Positions 1 through 14,088 of a DNA stretch of 64,000 nucleotides are shown piece by piece. The notes under the pieces are model-generated. The model made no database searches. It was not told the origin of the DNA and saw only the letters and a list, made by a program, of their open reading frames with translations. The DNA lies in assembly GCA_030390025.1 (NCBI GenBank), contig CM059429.1:56606001-56670000 (forward strand), written 5' to 3'. The first letter of the stretch is position 1; each line of letters begins with the position of its first letter. This DNA comes from Squalus acanthias (Eukaryota). The position numbers and the translations under genes are program-made.

Positions 1-3000
1 CTTGACTGGCACCGTGGGTATTGAATGAAGGCTGAATTGTTAAATGCTGATGGTTAGCCACTGTATGTAAGCATTAATTTTTGCTTAGCTATGTTTATTT
101 TACCAACCAAAAGTTCACTTTAGCTGAAGTAAAGAAGTGAACGACAATACGAGGTAAGATTTTATCTGAAGGCACCTCTTTTGAATATAATTGAATCCAG
201 CTAATGATTGTGACATGAAAGTCTTGTATCTTGTATTCAAAGTACCTGTAGCACATGGTATGGTTTTGATCAAGTGAGTCAATAGAACAATATTGACTTG
301 TTTGTCAAACCATACCATATTTATGAAATCTGTATGAATCGGTACAAAGTGCAATAAAAATGCTTATGAATGGCCACTTGTTGTGCCCCCAGAGAAGTCC
401 TGCAGAGCAGATTCTGCTGATGCTGGCTGTGGTCATACAACTACTACATGCGGATATTTACAGCTAAGGAGGCAGGAAAGGTACTTCACAAGTGAATTCA
501 TTGGAGTTTTATGTCCCTCTTTGCCCTACAGCTGTTTTACAACCTGGAATTAAAATCTGAAAAGAAACTTTTCAGTTGCCCTGGCCAAATATTGATCAAG
601 TACTTGTTTGTTGATGCTATTGTTGTGTGAAGAGGGGCCAGTAGCTCTGCCCCTTGTTGCTCAACTTCTATTGTCATTGCCTTTTAACAACAGGGATCAA
701 AGCTCTATCTTTTTGGCTTACACTGATTAGAGAGTGGGAATCTTTATTGTGTCTAATGTAGGATATTGTAAATGGCAAACTTCATTAACATAGGTCTTCT
801 CAATTTAATCATTAACTTAATTGGATTTTTTTGCACACTAGTGAAAGAGTTGAGTAAAAACTTTAAAACTGAATATACGGTTTGGTTGTCCTATTTAATC
901 TATATTCACAGTACTGAATTAATTTGACTATTAGGTTGTATTTGAATGGTAACTTCAGTAGCATAATGTATAGTTTCATATGATTTTGGTTAATTTAAAT
1001 TAATAATATAAATGCTTTATTTATGATTTAAAATAAACTTCTTATCAGAACTAGTTCTCACCAAAATCATTGTGATCTAAATTGTTTGGTATAAATCCCA
1101 TCTGTAGGGCACTTTCTCTGTCTTCCCTTTTTCTAAACCTTCTACCTAAAATCAACACCAGATTTGGGAAATTGCTAAGAAGGCTTTCACAACCATGCAT
1201 TTAAACCATTCCTGAACTGTCTTTGAACCAAGCAAAAATCCAGAAAATAATTATAAAGGAGCAAGAAGCCTTTTCAGCTTTAATTATTCTCATCGTTCCC
1301 CTTGTAAAATGATATGGTAAAAGGGTACAGGGAACTAAAGATCAATGTACTTAAGTACACTGTACACTAATAACAAGTTAGATGTATGATTGGGATAAAT
1401 CATCGATTTAACGTAAAGGTAGATTGTTGTGTTCTAGTTTGAATAACTTCACAATATAGCAAATGATTTCTTCAGGACTTTTTGACGATTACTCCATATT
1501 TTACCTTCTTTAGTCATGTCACTACCAATTATTCTGTAAATTCAGATCAAAATGGCCTATTGCAATACTGTCCTCAACAATCTGCCAATTATGCTGATAC
1601 AAAATGTAATCAGCTCTACTTTAGATTACACATTAAACAATATTGTAGTTTAATTTTGCCCATAATTAAGGTATACTTTGATTATTTTCTCATGGAACAT
1701 TACTTGTGTAATTTATTTCGTGACAAGTAAAACTACTGGCATAATCATTCAAACTTTCACAGTTCTAGTTTTGGAACGCAGGTCTGGTTTCCAAGTGTGT
1801 GCAGCTCCACAGTGTTGTTTGTAGCATTTTTGTAGTCATGAAAATTATGCTTACAAAAGGTTTTTTTCTGCTGTACACAATATTTTTTAAATTTCAAGTT
1901 AAATACAGGTATTGTAGTTGCATAAAATAAAGGCCCTCTACAACTTCTGGAAATAATCCGATGAAACTTGTGGGTGATTTTCAAAACCATGACCTTGGTG
2001 AGAAAATGACTTGCACTAATTTTAACTTACCATGAATTTAGTGGGAAACCAAAGATGTACATTGAACTACCTGAATACTGAACATTTACTAATTCCTTAG
2101 ATTTGTTGTCTTTCTTTAAAGAAAAGGTCATTCACTGCATGTTCTTGATATCTGTGGTTGAAGGTTGTTCCTTGATTCATCGTGCAGTGTAACATGTTGC
2201 TCACTGAAATTTGACATTCATGAAGATTCAGTTCAGGAAGCCAGCAGAACGTCCATGAGGAACTACATACATCCTGCTATATTTTTATAAATATTTCCTT
2301 GTGTTTTACATTCGATTGATCTGGGGAAATGTTATGCTAGAGTATCAGAATAACATATTTTAAGTACATGAGTCAGGAATATGCTGTGAACAAAATATTT
2401 TACAAAGAAAATGTAAAAAGCAAGGTATTAGCAGATGTTCAGTAGTGATGTGGCTAAATACAATAGTTCTAACTGATAGAATATTATGTACATGTTAGGG
2501 TATATGTTCTGGTAAATAGATCACATTGCAGAAGGTTCGCTTCTTCCCCAAAGGAGTAATATAGCAACCGTTCCTGGTGCTGTGAATTGGGATGGATCCA
2601 GGGTTGCTGCTGGCTTCCATCTTATGTTATTTATCAAGGTTAAAATGTGAATTTTTTTCCTTTTGTGTGATGGATTATAACTGCACAAGATACTTTAGGC
2701 TCTAACTGCAGCAAATATAAAATATAATTTACATAGCATGGCTAATTAGTCCAATAGAGCAGTGTGCGATTTTGAAAACATCTATAAAAGTCACTCTAAA
2801 TTGTATATCGAGAGGCCAACTTTTGAAAGCAGGACCTTGCATTTTGAGTGGGAAATGCACCTGATTTTCAATGATATACTTTAATTAACTTTATAGTAAT
2901 TGCCTACTCCATATTGACTCACTCCATATTTTGGAGATGAATGCACTGAAGGATGGTTAAAGATCCTAATTAAATAATTGCTGAAGGCAGAGGCACTCAA

Positions 3001-6000
3001 GAGTGGTGCAACAGTTCTGCACCATGTGTTGTACAATGAGCTAGATCACTGTTGTGTGGCACAGGTGCTTCACATAAATACCAAGTGCCTGGTGCTTCTG
3101 CTTGATGTAGACAGTTATAGGTTAACGCTTCACCTAGAAAATTGGCTATTCCCAGGCAAAATTCAGAGAAGTAAAAGAGATTAACGGTTCCCAGTGAAAG
3201 AGAAGAACATCAATCTTGGTCAAACTGTCATTTTTTTTGCGTACACTGAGACAGAATTTTGTGAGCAATTTTGAAGTTGAGAATTAACAGAAAATCAACA
3301 TTGAAATGCTTGGTGGGACATTTAAACATACAAAGCTGAGTGGTTTGAAGCTGTGTGTACTAGAATATTTTAAGGCCTTGAAATTAAATTGTCGGTATAT
3401 CAGCGTACAGTAAGCAGGCTCATATGAAATTCCTCTGCCCATTACTTTAACAAAGTTGTTAATCTATTTAAAATCAACAAGGCTGAATTTCCTTTAAAAT
3501 AGCAGATAAAGGAATTTCATACAGTCACATTGAATCGTTCTTATAATATTTGCGAAGTGTAACTTTAAGGCCAAAGTATTTTAATTTTTTTTCCACTATT
3601 AGGTATCTTATTAAAACATTTCCTCTCTAAATTCTTCCCCAAATCTCTCAAGTATAATGTGCTGAGAAGGTGAGCAGGTATCCTTCTGTCAGGCCTATGC
3701 CACTATCTAATCAGTCCAAGGATGTGTGATAGAGTGCCTTAGAGTGACTTGCCCACAGATTTCTTGTGGAGATTTGCTCCATCTCTGCCAGGCACCTCCC
3801 CCAAGTAGCCAAGCTGAGGTCAAGAATTTATCGGATGGGGACTGGGGTACAATTCACTGTTGGATCACCCTCCCATACCACTGAATCATTTTATGCCGTT
3901 CCCATCTCCCCATAACCCTTCATTTATTAGGAGAACTAATTTAGAATTTTGAGTCCCCCAAGAAATCTCAAGGCTGTCATTATTAAAATAAATACAATTT
4001 TAAATGAAAGAAACCCGAGAGCTGTAACAGAAAAATATATTTTGATGGTGTGCCTTCTCTGTCACAGGGGAAGTATCGTTGGCTTTCTCTTCTTCCTTGC
4101 CTGCTGCTGTATTCCATTTTATAAACTGAAAAAGTATGTTGAGTTGTTTTCAATTGCAGATTTCTCGAGCACAATATTTCCTAAATTGTGTTTCTCTGTG
4201 ACATAGTCTGCAAGTGCCTTTGAAGTGAAGCCTTAGTAATTACTAAATGCTGGTACACACTTAGAAATACCATACACAAACAAACTGCAATTCTGAGTGG
4301 TAGGATGAATGTTGGAGTCTGTCATTCCCCACGCTGTAAGCTTTCCACCACATTTGGACCCCGGGTGGGGGGAGGGCAGGGGGTGATGAGTGGATGTGAG
4401 CCTCACAGCGCAGTGAAGATAATCAGAGGGTGAGTTAACCCGAGCCAATTTTATGTACTTCGTACCAGCCAGTAAAAGAGCAGCACTGGCAGAGACCTGG
4501 GAACAGATCAGCTCCATCCTTTAAGTTGGAGTGGGTGCATGGTGCATAGGGACTTAAAGGAGGAGGGAGTATGATAAATAAAATTGTAAAACCACATGGA
4601 ATTTTCAAGCAACATTAAGATTTTATGTGCATATCATTAAAAGTGTCTCAATTTGTTTCCCAAGTTGTTAAGCACTCATATTTTCAGGAGGTATATAACT
4701 AAGATGTTTTTGCTTTCTTTCATTGCCCCTATTCTAATGTACTCTCGCTGAGCAGCTGCCGTTAGTTGGCATCTGCAAAACCCACACCATGATCGTCAGG
4801 CATTACAAGTCCAGTGTTCACCAAACTGTCAATGCCTGTTGTGATTAGCAACATGAAACGTAATGTGTTTTATTCCAACAAGGAGTGAACTCTCAAAAAA
4901 TCAGCCCCATAGCACCATGGCCCTTGATTTGCACCACATCATAAGGAGGGAACTACAAAATATCACAGTTGCTATAAAAATACAAGGAGAAAAAAAATCT
5001 TTTTCTTCACCACTAAGCCTTTCAAACAAAATTATGTCTTCAATATCCCATTGGTGTTTACTTAATTTGGAAATGGGTATAATAACGGTAACAATACGGT
5101 CCCTCACAGATCAGGGGATTGTGTTTGCAGATTGAACATAAATGCACTTCAGAAATACAAACACTCAAAAGGATAAAATATTTCTCAAAGGGAAATCTGG
5201 AAAGGGTAATTGAATAAGCTTGGATCTCTGAAATATGTCATGGTGAGTGCAGTCAACATGTCATAATTAGTTTCACTGAAGACCATTCCAACAATCTGCT
5301 TCTATTCTTCCTGCATCATTGTCCGCAGCTAGGCAAATAGCCAGAGGACAAAAGGAATCAAGTTCTGACAAAACATGAAAGAGTAAAAAGATTTAACTGC
5401 TTTTATCAAAGAAACTGAGAAGGACTTTGTGTAAATAAAGTGAATAACTTGCCATCAATATTTCAGCAATTGCAGTTTTTCAATACAATAAACCATTAAC
5501 ACATAAAAAAGTGGTATTTTGAAAGCTTTTTGCAATACTTATCAACTGTTGATTTAAAAAAAAATATTAGATCAATAAGCAGATCAGTATGAACAATGCA
5601 GCAACTTTATAACTTAGCAGATCACAGGATGTAAGGCAGTGTTTGTATGATGCTATAAAACTGACTGCACGGTATCTATAGGTGCTTGACTGAGGTTACT
5701 CACTGTTAAAAGTTTCCAAGCCAAAATATTTGTGATAGACATAATAAATGAAAAATACATTCAGTCATAAGTAAGAAATAACATTGTAAACTGACGAGCA
5801 ACTGTTTCATGACAAGTACAGAATTAATATTAAGGAAAATAAATTACAAAAAAAATCACAATAGAAAGGATGGATAGAACTGGAAATAAAAAAGACACAG
5901 CAGCAAGTATAAGGAAAATGAATTTTAAAACCAAGTGCATTTGAAGTTGCAAGAAGGATCTTGTAATTTAAAATGCAGCCATTACCATTTTATTGATAGA

Positions 6001-6339
6001 AGCAGCAATGTTTAGTTAATTTCGTTTATGGCAAAGATTCTGCATTGCACTTAAATATCAAGACAATGAAGATAGTACTGTACTATCGCATTTGTTAAGA
6101 TAACATATTAATTAAAATAAGGTACAGAACTAAGAAACATCTAACTTAAGCAATTCCATTGTTTTCCTGCACCTCATAGTGATAGAAAGTTGTTGTGCCA
6201 TTGTGGGTTGAACTGAATAGCACTATTTCGTAGTAGTATATTTATGTTGGTTTTCTCTTGTTTGTTTACAGTACAAATTACCATTAGAGCAAAGCTTCTT
6301 CAACTCTTTCTGCCTCCCCCTTCATGAGGCCTTCAGCAT

Positions 6340-6570
6340 GGTGACCATCCAAGCATAAAAACATGCTTATCTGCAAATGAATGGCAGCTCTATGCTTCAT
6401 TAAAGCTTCTTTCTCTTTTGGCACTCGCATTGTGACCCTTTGATATTAATTCAAAGGGCAATTAATGAATGCGGCTTGTCTTTGAAGTGAGGTATTCAGG
6501 GCAGGGAATAGGATGAACCTGAGGCTGCAATGGACTATATTCATTCAGTAGCCCTTCATAAGGGGTACAT
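6340..6570. promoter_or_regulatory. Candidate Wnt-responsive pax3 intron-4 enhancer (conserved non-coding element)
   Basis: Inverted TCF/LEF pair CCCTTTGA-TATTAAT-TCAAAGGG (6436-6458), a third CTTTGAA near 6480, a SOX-type CATTGTG at 6428 and several TAAT/ATTA cores. TCF-dependent enhancers are known in vertebrate Pax3 intron 4. Conservation not tested. Confidence 0.65.
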
Positions 6571-8249
6571 CCAGTTCAGGGAGTTTTGTTTCAGCTTGTG
6601 GTTAATGTAGCGCAGCTGATTCTGTGTTTGTTAATTGCGTTATATTGGCGTTGAGCACTGGCAGTGTTGCTTGCAGCCAGTTGCACCTAGAGGTTTATTT
6701 TAATGTTTCTGCCTATTTCTAGGTTTAGAGTTCAGGTTGGGAAGTAGCTTATTTATATTTTGTAACTTATTGCACTGAATTGATTGTGCTCAATTGCATT
6801 AAGCATTGGGAGCTGCTGAATTGGTATTGCACTGAGTTGACTAAGCGCTAATTTGGCTGCACTCAGTTAACTATATGCACTGAATTGGGATTCACTCTAC
6901 TGTGACCAAATCCTTCATAAGGCAGTTTGAATTGACTAAAAGAAAATGGACAAGAGAAGGTCAAGGAGAAAGGGCTAAAGAAGCACTCTATTTGTTAGAA
7001 GTATTAGCCAAGCAAAACTCCAAATAGCAACAATATGACCACAGTTAATAGACAAGCCAGACAGAGGCATGTCAATCACTAATCTTGGAAAGCAATAGAC
7101 TGTAGCCCACTGTTTTATCCAATTAGCTTGGTAAACTCAGCATCTGTGATGATAATGTGCTCATTCCAGATTGCTGAGTTTGTTAATTAATTACAAAGAT
7201 AATATCCAGCGAGCTAGCGACATCTTACTACCAATATATAAACATTTTCTTCTCATTCATTGATTTTCCCAAATTAACAAGATTTTAATGTTTAAGTAAA
7301 GCAGCAAACGGAGTGTTCAACTTTGAAAAGCACATAACTTTTTCATAGGATAAAATAATCACGTTTTGTGAGTTTTAATCTCATTTATTTATGATCATGA
7401 AAGTGGCACGGATCCTATTTTCTATGAAGCTGATAATTTAAGCCTTACTAATGTACCAATACTAGCAGAGAACAGGATTAAAGCTCACTGCCAGGTTTAT
7501 GGGCTTCATACTGCCTTCACACCATTATTCTTGGGAGTAAAATACTCAGTGAGAAACTGCTATAGGATCCTACCAACCTTTGCAGTTTCCCTGGTTACCA
7601 TACAATAAAGTAAAATTACATCTATTTGCATAGAAATACACACAGACACATATGTGTGTGTGTTTATGTACTAATTGTGCTGTACAATCTATAAAGCTGG
7701 TTGTTTATAGCCATATAAGGCACAATTAGTTCATAATATTTTGGTTTGTTAACTTGGACCTTCTTCTGTTATAAGCCAATGAATGTTCAAGATAATGGAT
7801 TGAATCTTGTGATCATGCTCCACGAAAGACAAGAAAATCATTAGTACCACTGAAGTGATCAGTACATAAAGAGGATTCATTATGCTCTAAACAAATATAC
7901 AGATGTATGAACAGTTCAAGAACATGAACTTTTGCGTTTGTACCAAGAGCTGGAGTATTTGATATCTGAAAGCAAAGCCTAGATTTGGATTTCTTAGCAA
8001 TGCACTGACGTTCAGGGGCTGCTTCGATGGAGCACCAATTGAGTGGGTAGATGTGCACCTGGAGATTGAATTGTTTTTAACTGGATTAACACTGAAAGAG
8101 TCAAATGGATCTGATTTGGGCCAGTTTGTATTAGATTTCGAAAGACGTAGTCAACTCATCCCCAGTAAAGATTGGATGGATGGATGGATGAATGGAAATA
8201 CTGTGATTATGGAATTTATCAGTACTGAGAGCTGGTCTGTTTTGAGTAC

Positions 8250-8800
8250 AATATAAACAGACTACGCTGATCTCACCAGCACAGTAAATGGAGCAGAAGA
8301 TATTTATAATATTTTCTATGTTATTTATAACGAGAACCGTTGACTGTAAAATGCGGATGGCGTTATTGTGGTCAGAGCAATGCGTCTGTGAATATTTCAA
8401 GGAGATGATCAAGAGTTGTTAGGTCTTTGTGATTAACCATAGTTAATGGCTTAAAGCACCAGTTTTTCTATTGCGTTTCATTAACATCTCCACTGTCAGA
8501 TCTATTTTTACAAGTGTGCTAGCCAAAGGATTTATTTGTTGTACTTGGCTTCCAGGAAAAAAACATGTCTCCAGCAAGAAGATTCTCATTTATGATCACA
8601 AACTCATTATTTAATTTTGTAGTATACAGTAATGGGTAATTAATGGTGAAAGGTGCAGTGTCACAACAGGACAGCACTGGCCAGATGTCACGTCCTTGTC
8701 TGGTGTTTGATGTATATGGTAATTTCCACATCAATTTGTTGTACAAAGAATCCCAACAGTTGTGACCTGTCCTTTTCCCCACCGTTACTGAAATATGGAT
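8250..8800. promoter_or_regulatory. Candidate intron-4 conserved non-coding element
   Basis: Non-repetitive block with retained CpGs, Cdx/posterior-Hox-like TTTATAA sites, GTAATGGGTAATTAATGG and a paired-type GTCACG (8687-8692). Motif-based inference only. Confidence 0.4.
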
Positions 8801-11800
8801 ATTAAATGAACTATGTAGGACTGTAGGAGTGCTTTAACATAAACTGTGAATCTAAATGTCTGAATGAGCTCTTTGTTTATAGTCAGCGATTGTTGACCTG
8901 TTCAAGTATATGAGAAAAGAAGCACTGACTGAGTCAGTGAAAGAGACTCTTGACCATTGCCCTCTTGTGGTCATGTGACATGGTTACTTCAGGCTGTTCA
9001 CCTTTGAGAATAACTGGGAAGCAGGTCCTGCAACGTGTATATCAGTCTATATGTACACAGTAGATTTTAAAAACCTTCCAAATAAAACCTGTCTGAAAGT
9101 GAGAATTTGGAGTCTGAAATGTTTATCACTCAGAAGTCAAAGGTGAAAAAATTGGGTTAAAGGGTCAACTGTTTCCCTTGTTTATTTTCTCTTTCAAGTA
9201 AAGTAAACAAAAGCAAAAAGAAATAGGGAGGAGATGAAAAGAAATGACAACATAGGTGTCTTAGTCACATTAAAATCTTTAAAGATACATTCGCAGCACC
9301 CCAAGTCTATTTATACTAAGTTTAAAAATGTTCCATGCTAACCCAACATATGATGAAACTCAAATTCATTTAAACAGCTTTTATCTTTTGACTCTCACAT
9401 CCACTAAAAATTATGCTTCCAACACTAATTCACTGAAGCCTTACAAAAGTGATAAAATAGCATTAAAATATCAAAATGAAAGTGTAATGTTCTTGGGTTT
9501 TAATACTGGGGTCAAGTAGAAGCAAGTTGCTCATCCAAATTGAAGGCAGGAAATCTATCAGCACAACTTTTGAAGGCATGTTTGTAACATACTGCCAGGT
9601 CAAAGTTTATCATAAGGTCAATGTCTACCAGTGTTTCCCTGTTTGAGTTTTAATTAACTGACCATTTATTTTTAAATGACAGTGAAAATAGGGCCTTACC
9701 AAATTTTAATTCCTGAAATGTACTCTACGAGATTTCTGTAATTACATTCAACAGTTATAGCACTGTAATAACCGGATTCTGTTTGAGAAAAGAGTGTGGA
9801 TAACAACACAATTATTTCCATAGTTATGGCGTACAAACTATGGGGAGGCTGTTTTTGATGTTAGCACCCCAGGCCAGCATACAGAACTTTCATGGTAGAT
9901 TTGCAGTTTCCACAGCAAGAGAAATATTCAGTGTTCCTGCATTTAAAAAGTAAATGTTTTTACGGTTCATTAATTCACATCAGAATACAAAATCAAAGAA
10001 CAAGGGGAAAAGGTTGGAATCAGTGTCATAATGAAACAATTCTATGGTGTCATTAGAGGGATCAGTTTTGCATGTTTTAAGTAATTAAAATTCAACTTTC
10101 ATATGGCCCCTAGTGGCCATAAAAATGTCCATTTTATGCTTTTCAACATGGCTTTTTCTAATTGTCCTGCTTTCTGGCATGACAAAAACAAACTTTCCTG
10201 GGGTGGTGCCAATTGGAAATTTGTTCTTGTTTTCACACCAGTGATACATGTGTCCCAACTCCACATGTGACTATGATTGTTGCTGTGATCGTATCCATTA
10301 GGAATCATGCTTACTAAATGCTTAATTTTTTTCAAAACTAAACAGTGACTGTAGAAGATAACCATTAGATGCAGTTGAATAAACTTTATAATACTACTTT
10401 AATTTAAAACATTGATGCCTGGTCATCTTTTAACAATTTGGCAACAAAGGCTAAATGGTTTGAAAAGCAAATCTGTTCTTAATGGAGAGGAGTAACTTGG
10501 TAAGGGTAAAGGGCCAAGAACCAACTCCTTTCTGTGCACTGCAGCCATTAACTTACTTACACTTTTATATCTTATAAATTCTGAAACCCAACACATTTTT
10601 GCAACTTCCTATAGAAATAATTTAAATTTAAATGTAATTATGGATGCATTTGAACAATTTATGTTAGAACAGATTTGTTAAAAAGCAATATATTCAATAA
10701 CTTAAGGCTAGAGTTTGGTATTTGTACTTCTTTGGAGACTTAAAAAAATGTATTATTCTCATGAAATTGGAGGCTACTGTACAAAGTTTCTTTCAGTGGT
10801 GGAGGGGTTAAGAAGTGATACGGTTCATCCCTGGCCAATATGCACAGTTGTTCTCCTCCAGATGTTTGTTTACATTTTAATTAATCTTAATGAGTTTAAC
10901 TCTAAACTAAACATTAGTAGTTACTGGATGCATGGCATTAGATAAAGTGAAATGATCCCGTCATGTTCTATGTTAATAATTTTATGTGTATTAGGCAGTG
11001 GAGACAATAGATCTTCGGTAAATAGTTGATGCTTTTTGCCATGATCTATATAAAGTAGTTTTGCTAATGATTTATCTATTTTATAGACAATTTAGGCAGG
11101 TGTAAAATTAATCTCTTTAGTAGATCACATAGCCACAGCAGCAGAACGATAGGCACAGATGGGCCAGAAGCTGTCATCCCATCATTGCCGTGAGTACATC
11201 TGCTTTACTTCAATGTACTGTTATATGTACTCAGTCAATCACTTTGTCCCATTTGCTGAGAAGCTAAACTGGTCTGATCTGCAAATAAATTGTTCATTTG
11301 TCTTTTTTTCCTTTTGTTTTGTTTTGGTAACACATGTCGACAGCTCAATTACCCAGTTCATTAACAGCTCCCAAAAGACTCTGTGGCCGGCCTATGATAG
11401 GAACTGTGCTTGGAGCACATATGGTCTGTAAAGGCCCTTCGCTTGATAGTTATATAAACGAAAATGACTGCTGCCTTTATCTTCAGTGTTTCCTATGCCA
11501 GGACTAGCCCTCACAATGCAAGCAACTGTTTCTGATTGTATTGATCGGGTTGGATTTCCTTCACAAAGATAATCTTGCGTACAGTGCCATATTCTATGCA
11601 TACTTGTTTAACTAGATTATGCGCTTGCTAGTGTTGCTATCTCCGGTTAAAGAGATTTTAAAAGTTTGCTTTGTGATGTGTTTCACATAGATAAATGAAG
11701 ATCTAATTAGAAACTTTTTCATTTGACATACCACAAACTTTGAAGTGGTGATTTTGTATTCCTCCTAAATTTCCCCCTGAAAAATCCTTACATCTTGGGC

Positions 11801-14088
11801 ACCTTAATTCAATAGCACAGAAAGATAGGTTTGAACAGAATGTCTGCTGATTTGTGTAAACCTAAGTTCTTGTTTGGCTGATATTCTTACATATGCGCAA
11901 TTGGATGGACTTTAAAAGAAAAACTGCACATCAGTCAAAATACAATAGCAAAAACATTACGCACAATGCTACAATACTTTGGAGTTTCCACAAAGAAATG
12001 CAACTGGGCTGCAAAGTAATTCATTAAAGTTTTTCTATTTGAAATGAATTCTCCTGAATAAAATGTGTGGTTGCTTTTAATCATGTATGCTTCCAAATAG
12101 CAGTCCAACTGAAACAGACAGCACAAAAAAGGTCTTTCATTAACTTAGGTTAAAGATGAAGGTACTCTTTAGTAACATGCACTTGGATTTAATCATTGAA
12201 ATTGGTTTAAACAATGTTTGTTCTGAGTTAACCATCAACCTGTATGCAGTAATAATGCAAAAAGCTTGAGGGGAGCTCCTGGCTGACTTTAGACCTTCTG
12301 AACTTGTCTCCTGCTGTTTACTATATTCATATTTAATCTGTATTCTCCACCCACAGCAAAACCACTGTGGGAGTTGTTGCATGTCAGAGTTTATTTGTAC
12401 CATTTTGGTTAGTACAGAGCTGTCAGGGGCTTATTTTGTTATTAATGACCCCTTGCTGTGGAGCTGAGAGTCAGGAAAATGGAGGAGGGGAAAGTTGGTT
12501 GGGGGGATGGCAGGAATTAAATGCATCTTCATGGAAGAGAAACTAGCCTAAAAAAGCTTGAAAGCACACCAATAGATTTTATCAAGTGGCTACTGTGCTA
12601 CTCTTCCCCCCCCCCCCCCACAAAAAAAAAGATTAAACTATAGGTAATAAAAAATCTGAAACTCTGCTATATCCCAAGTTATCATGATTATCCCAAATTC
12701 CTAAAAAAAACTTTTGCGGTGCATTCATGTTGTTTGGAATAATACACTAAACCAACATTTACTGCCGATTAGGCAACTTTTTGTATTAAAACTAATGTAT
12801 AGAAACATTGTATGACATGAGTACCTCCAGGTGCTACAGGCTCCTAAAACAGAGAGAGCTGGATTAACCCCTGCCGAGTTTCCTTCTCCAGCCCTCAACT
12901 GCTCTACTCCATTCCTCTTAAGTGTCTCTTTGTGCCAGGCAGGTGTCAGAATGCTGACTGTGAGGAAGGGCCTGTTGATGTATACCACAGATGGAGCGTG
13001 GAAATTGGCAGAATAGGCTTCTGCCATAGGCCACTTCTTAGGCCCCAACAAAAGGAGCCAAATATGTCAACAAAAATCCTGAGAACCACAAAGAGGAAAG
13101 TGTCATTTGTCATTAACTCTGATCCAGTGATGGGGTATCAGAGTTACTAAAGCATGCCTAGTTTTCAGGCAAGTAAAAATGATAGTTCTGGTTCTTTAGA
13201 ATGAGAAGTTTGGTTTAGTTTAGGAAACAGGTGGCTGTTGGCAGACTGCAATTTCTTTTGCAGTATTTTCAGCTGGAAAGATTATACTACCTTGTATTTG
13301 TTGGAATTTTTTAAGGCTTAATTTCAATTAAATTTATTATTGGCTAGCAAAGCCTTCTAAATTTTTTTGATAATCATTCACAAATAGCAAAATAGGACAA
13401 AAAAAGACCCACAAAGCACAGTGAATGTGATATAGCAGACATTAATGGATCTCCACAAAATACAATTTTTAGTCCCATACCGTGGCTGACTGGATTAGTC
13501 TTGAGTATCAAATTTGAAAGTGAAAACATCAGACCCACGAGTGAAATTAAAGGTAATTTTTCACTAGGAGGCATTGTATATCTTGTTCAACAAACTCGCT
13601 GTGCCTTGCAAGAATTGCATTTTTTAAAAAGTTTGTTTTGTTATTTTGAGAAAGCTACAAAGTGCATAGCAGCTGTGGAAGTACAGAAGATGTTGCTGTG
13701 TTTTTTTTTTATCTTCACACTCTACCCTTGGACAATAGTGTGGAGTGGTGGAAGGATTCACAAGCTGATTAACAATTTGACAGGCCATGATGTGAACGCT
13801 CCTTCCATGGCCGTAACCATCTTTATACCAGCACATAGGGCGGTTTGATCCTATACAGTGAGAGGGGGATCCACCCACACCCATTGGATGCAAGTGTCCC
13901 ATTGGATGTCAATCCAAAATTCAGAGCCGGCACTCCATTTGTCTTGACTCTCTGGAACCTTTTTCGAACCCCACACCTTCTGACTCAGAGGCAGGAATGT
14001 TACCAATAAGCCAAAGGCTCACTCCATATGGGAAATGTTTCCACAGCTTCAACACCTGTGAGTGTGGTCAAAACATTTTAAATATAAT

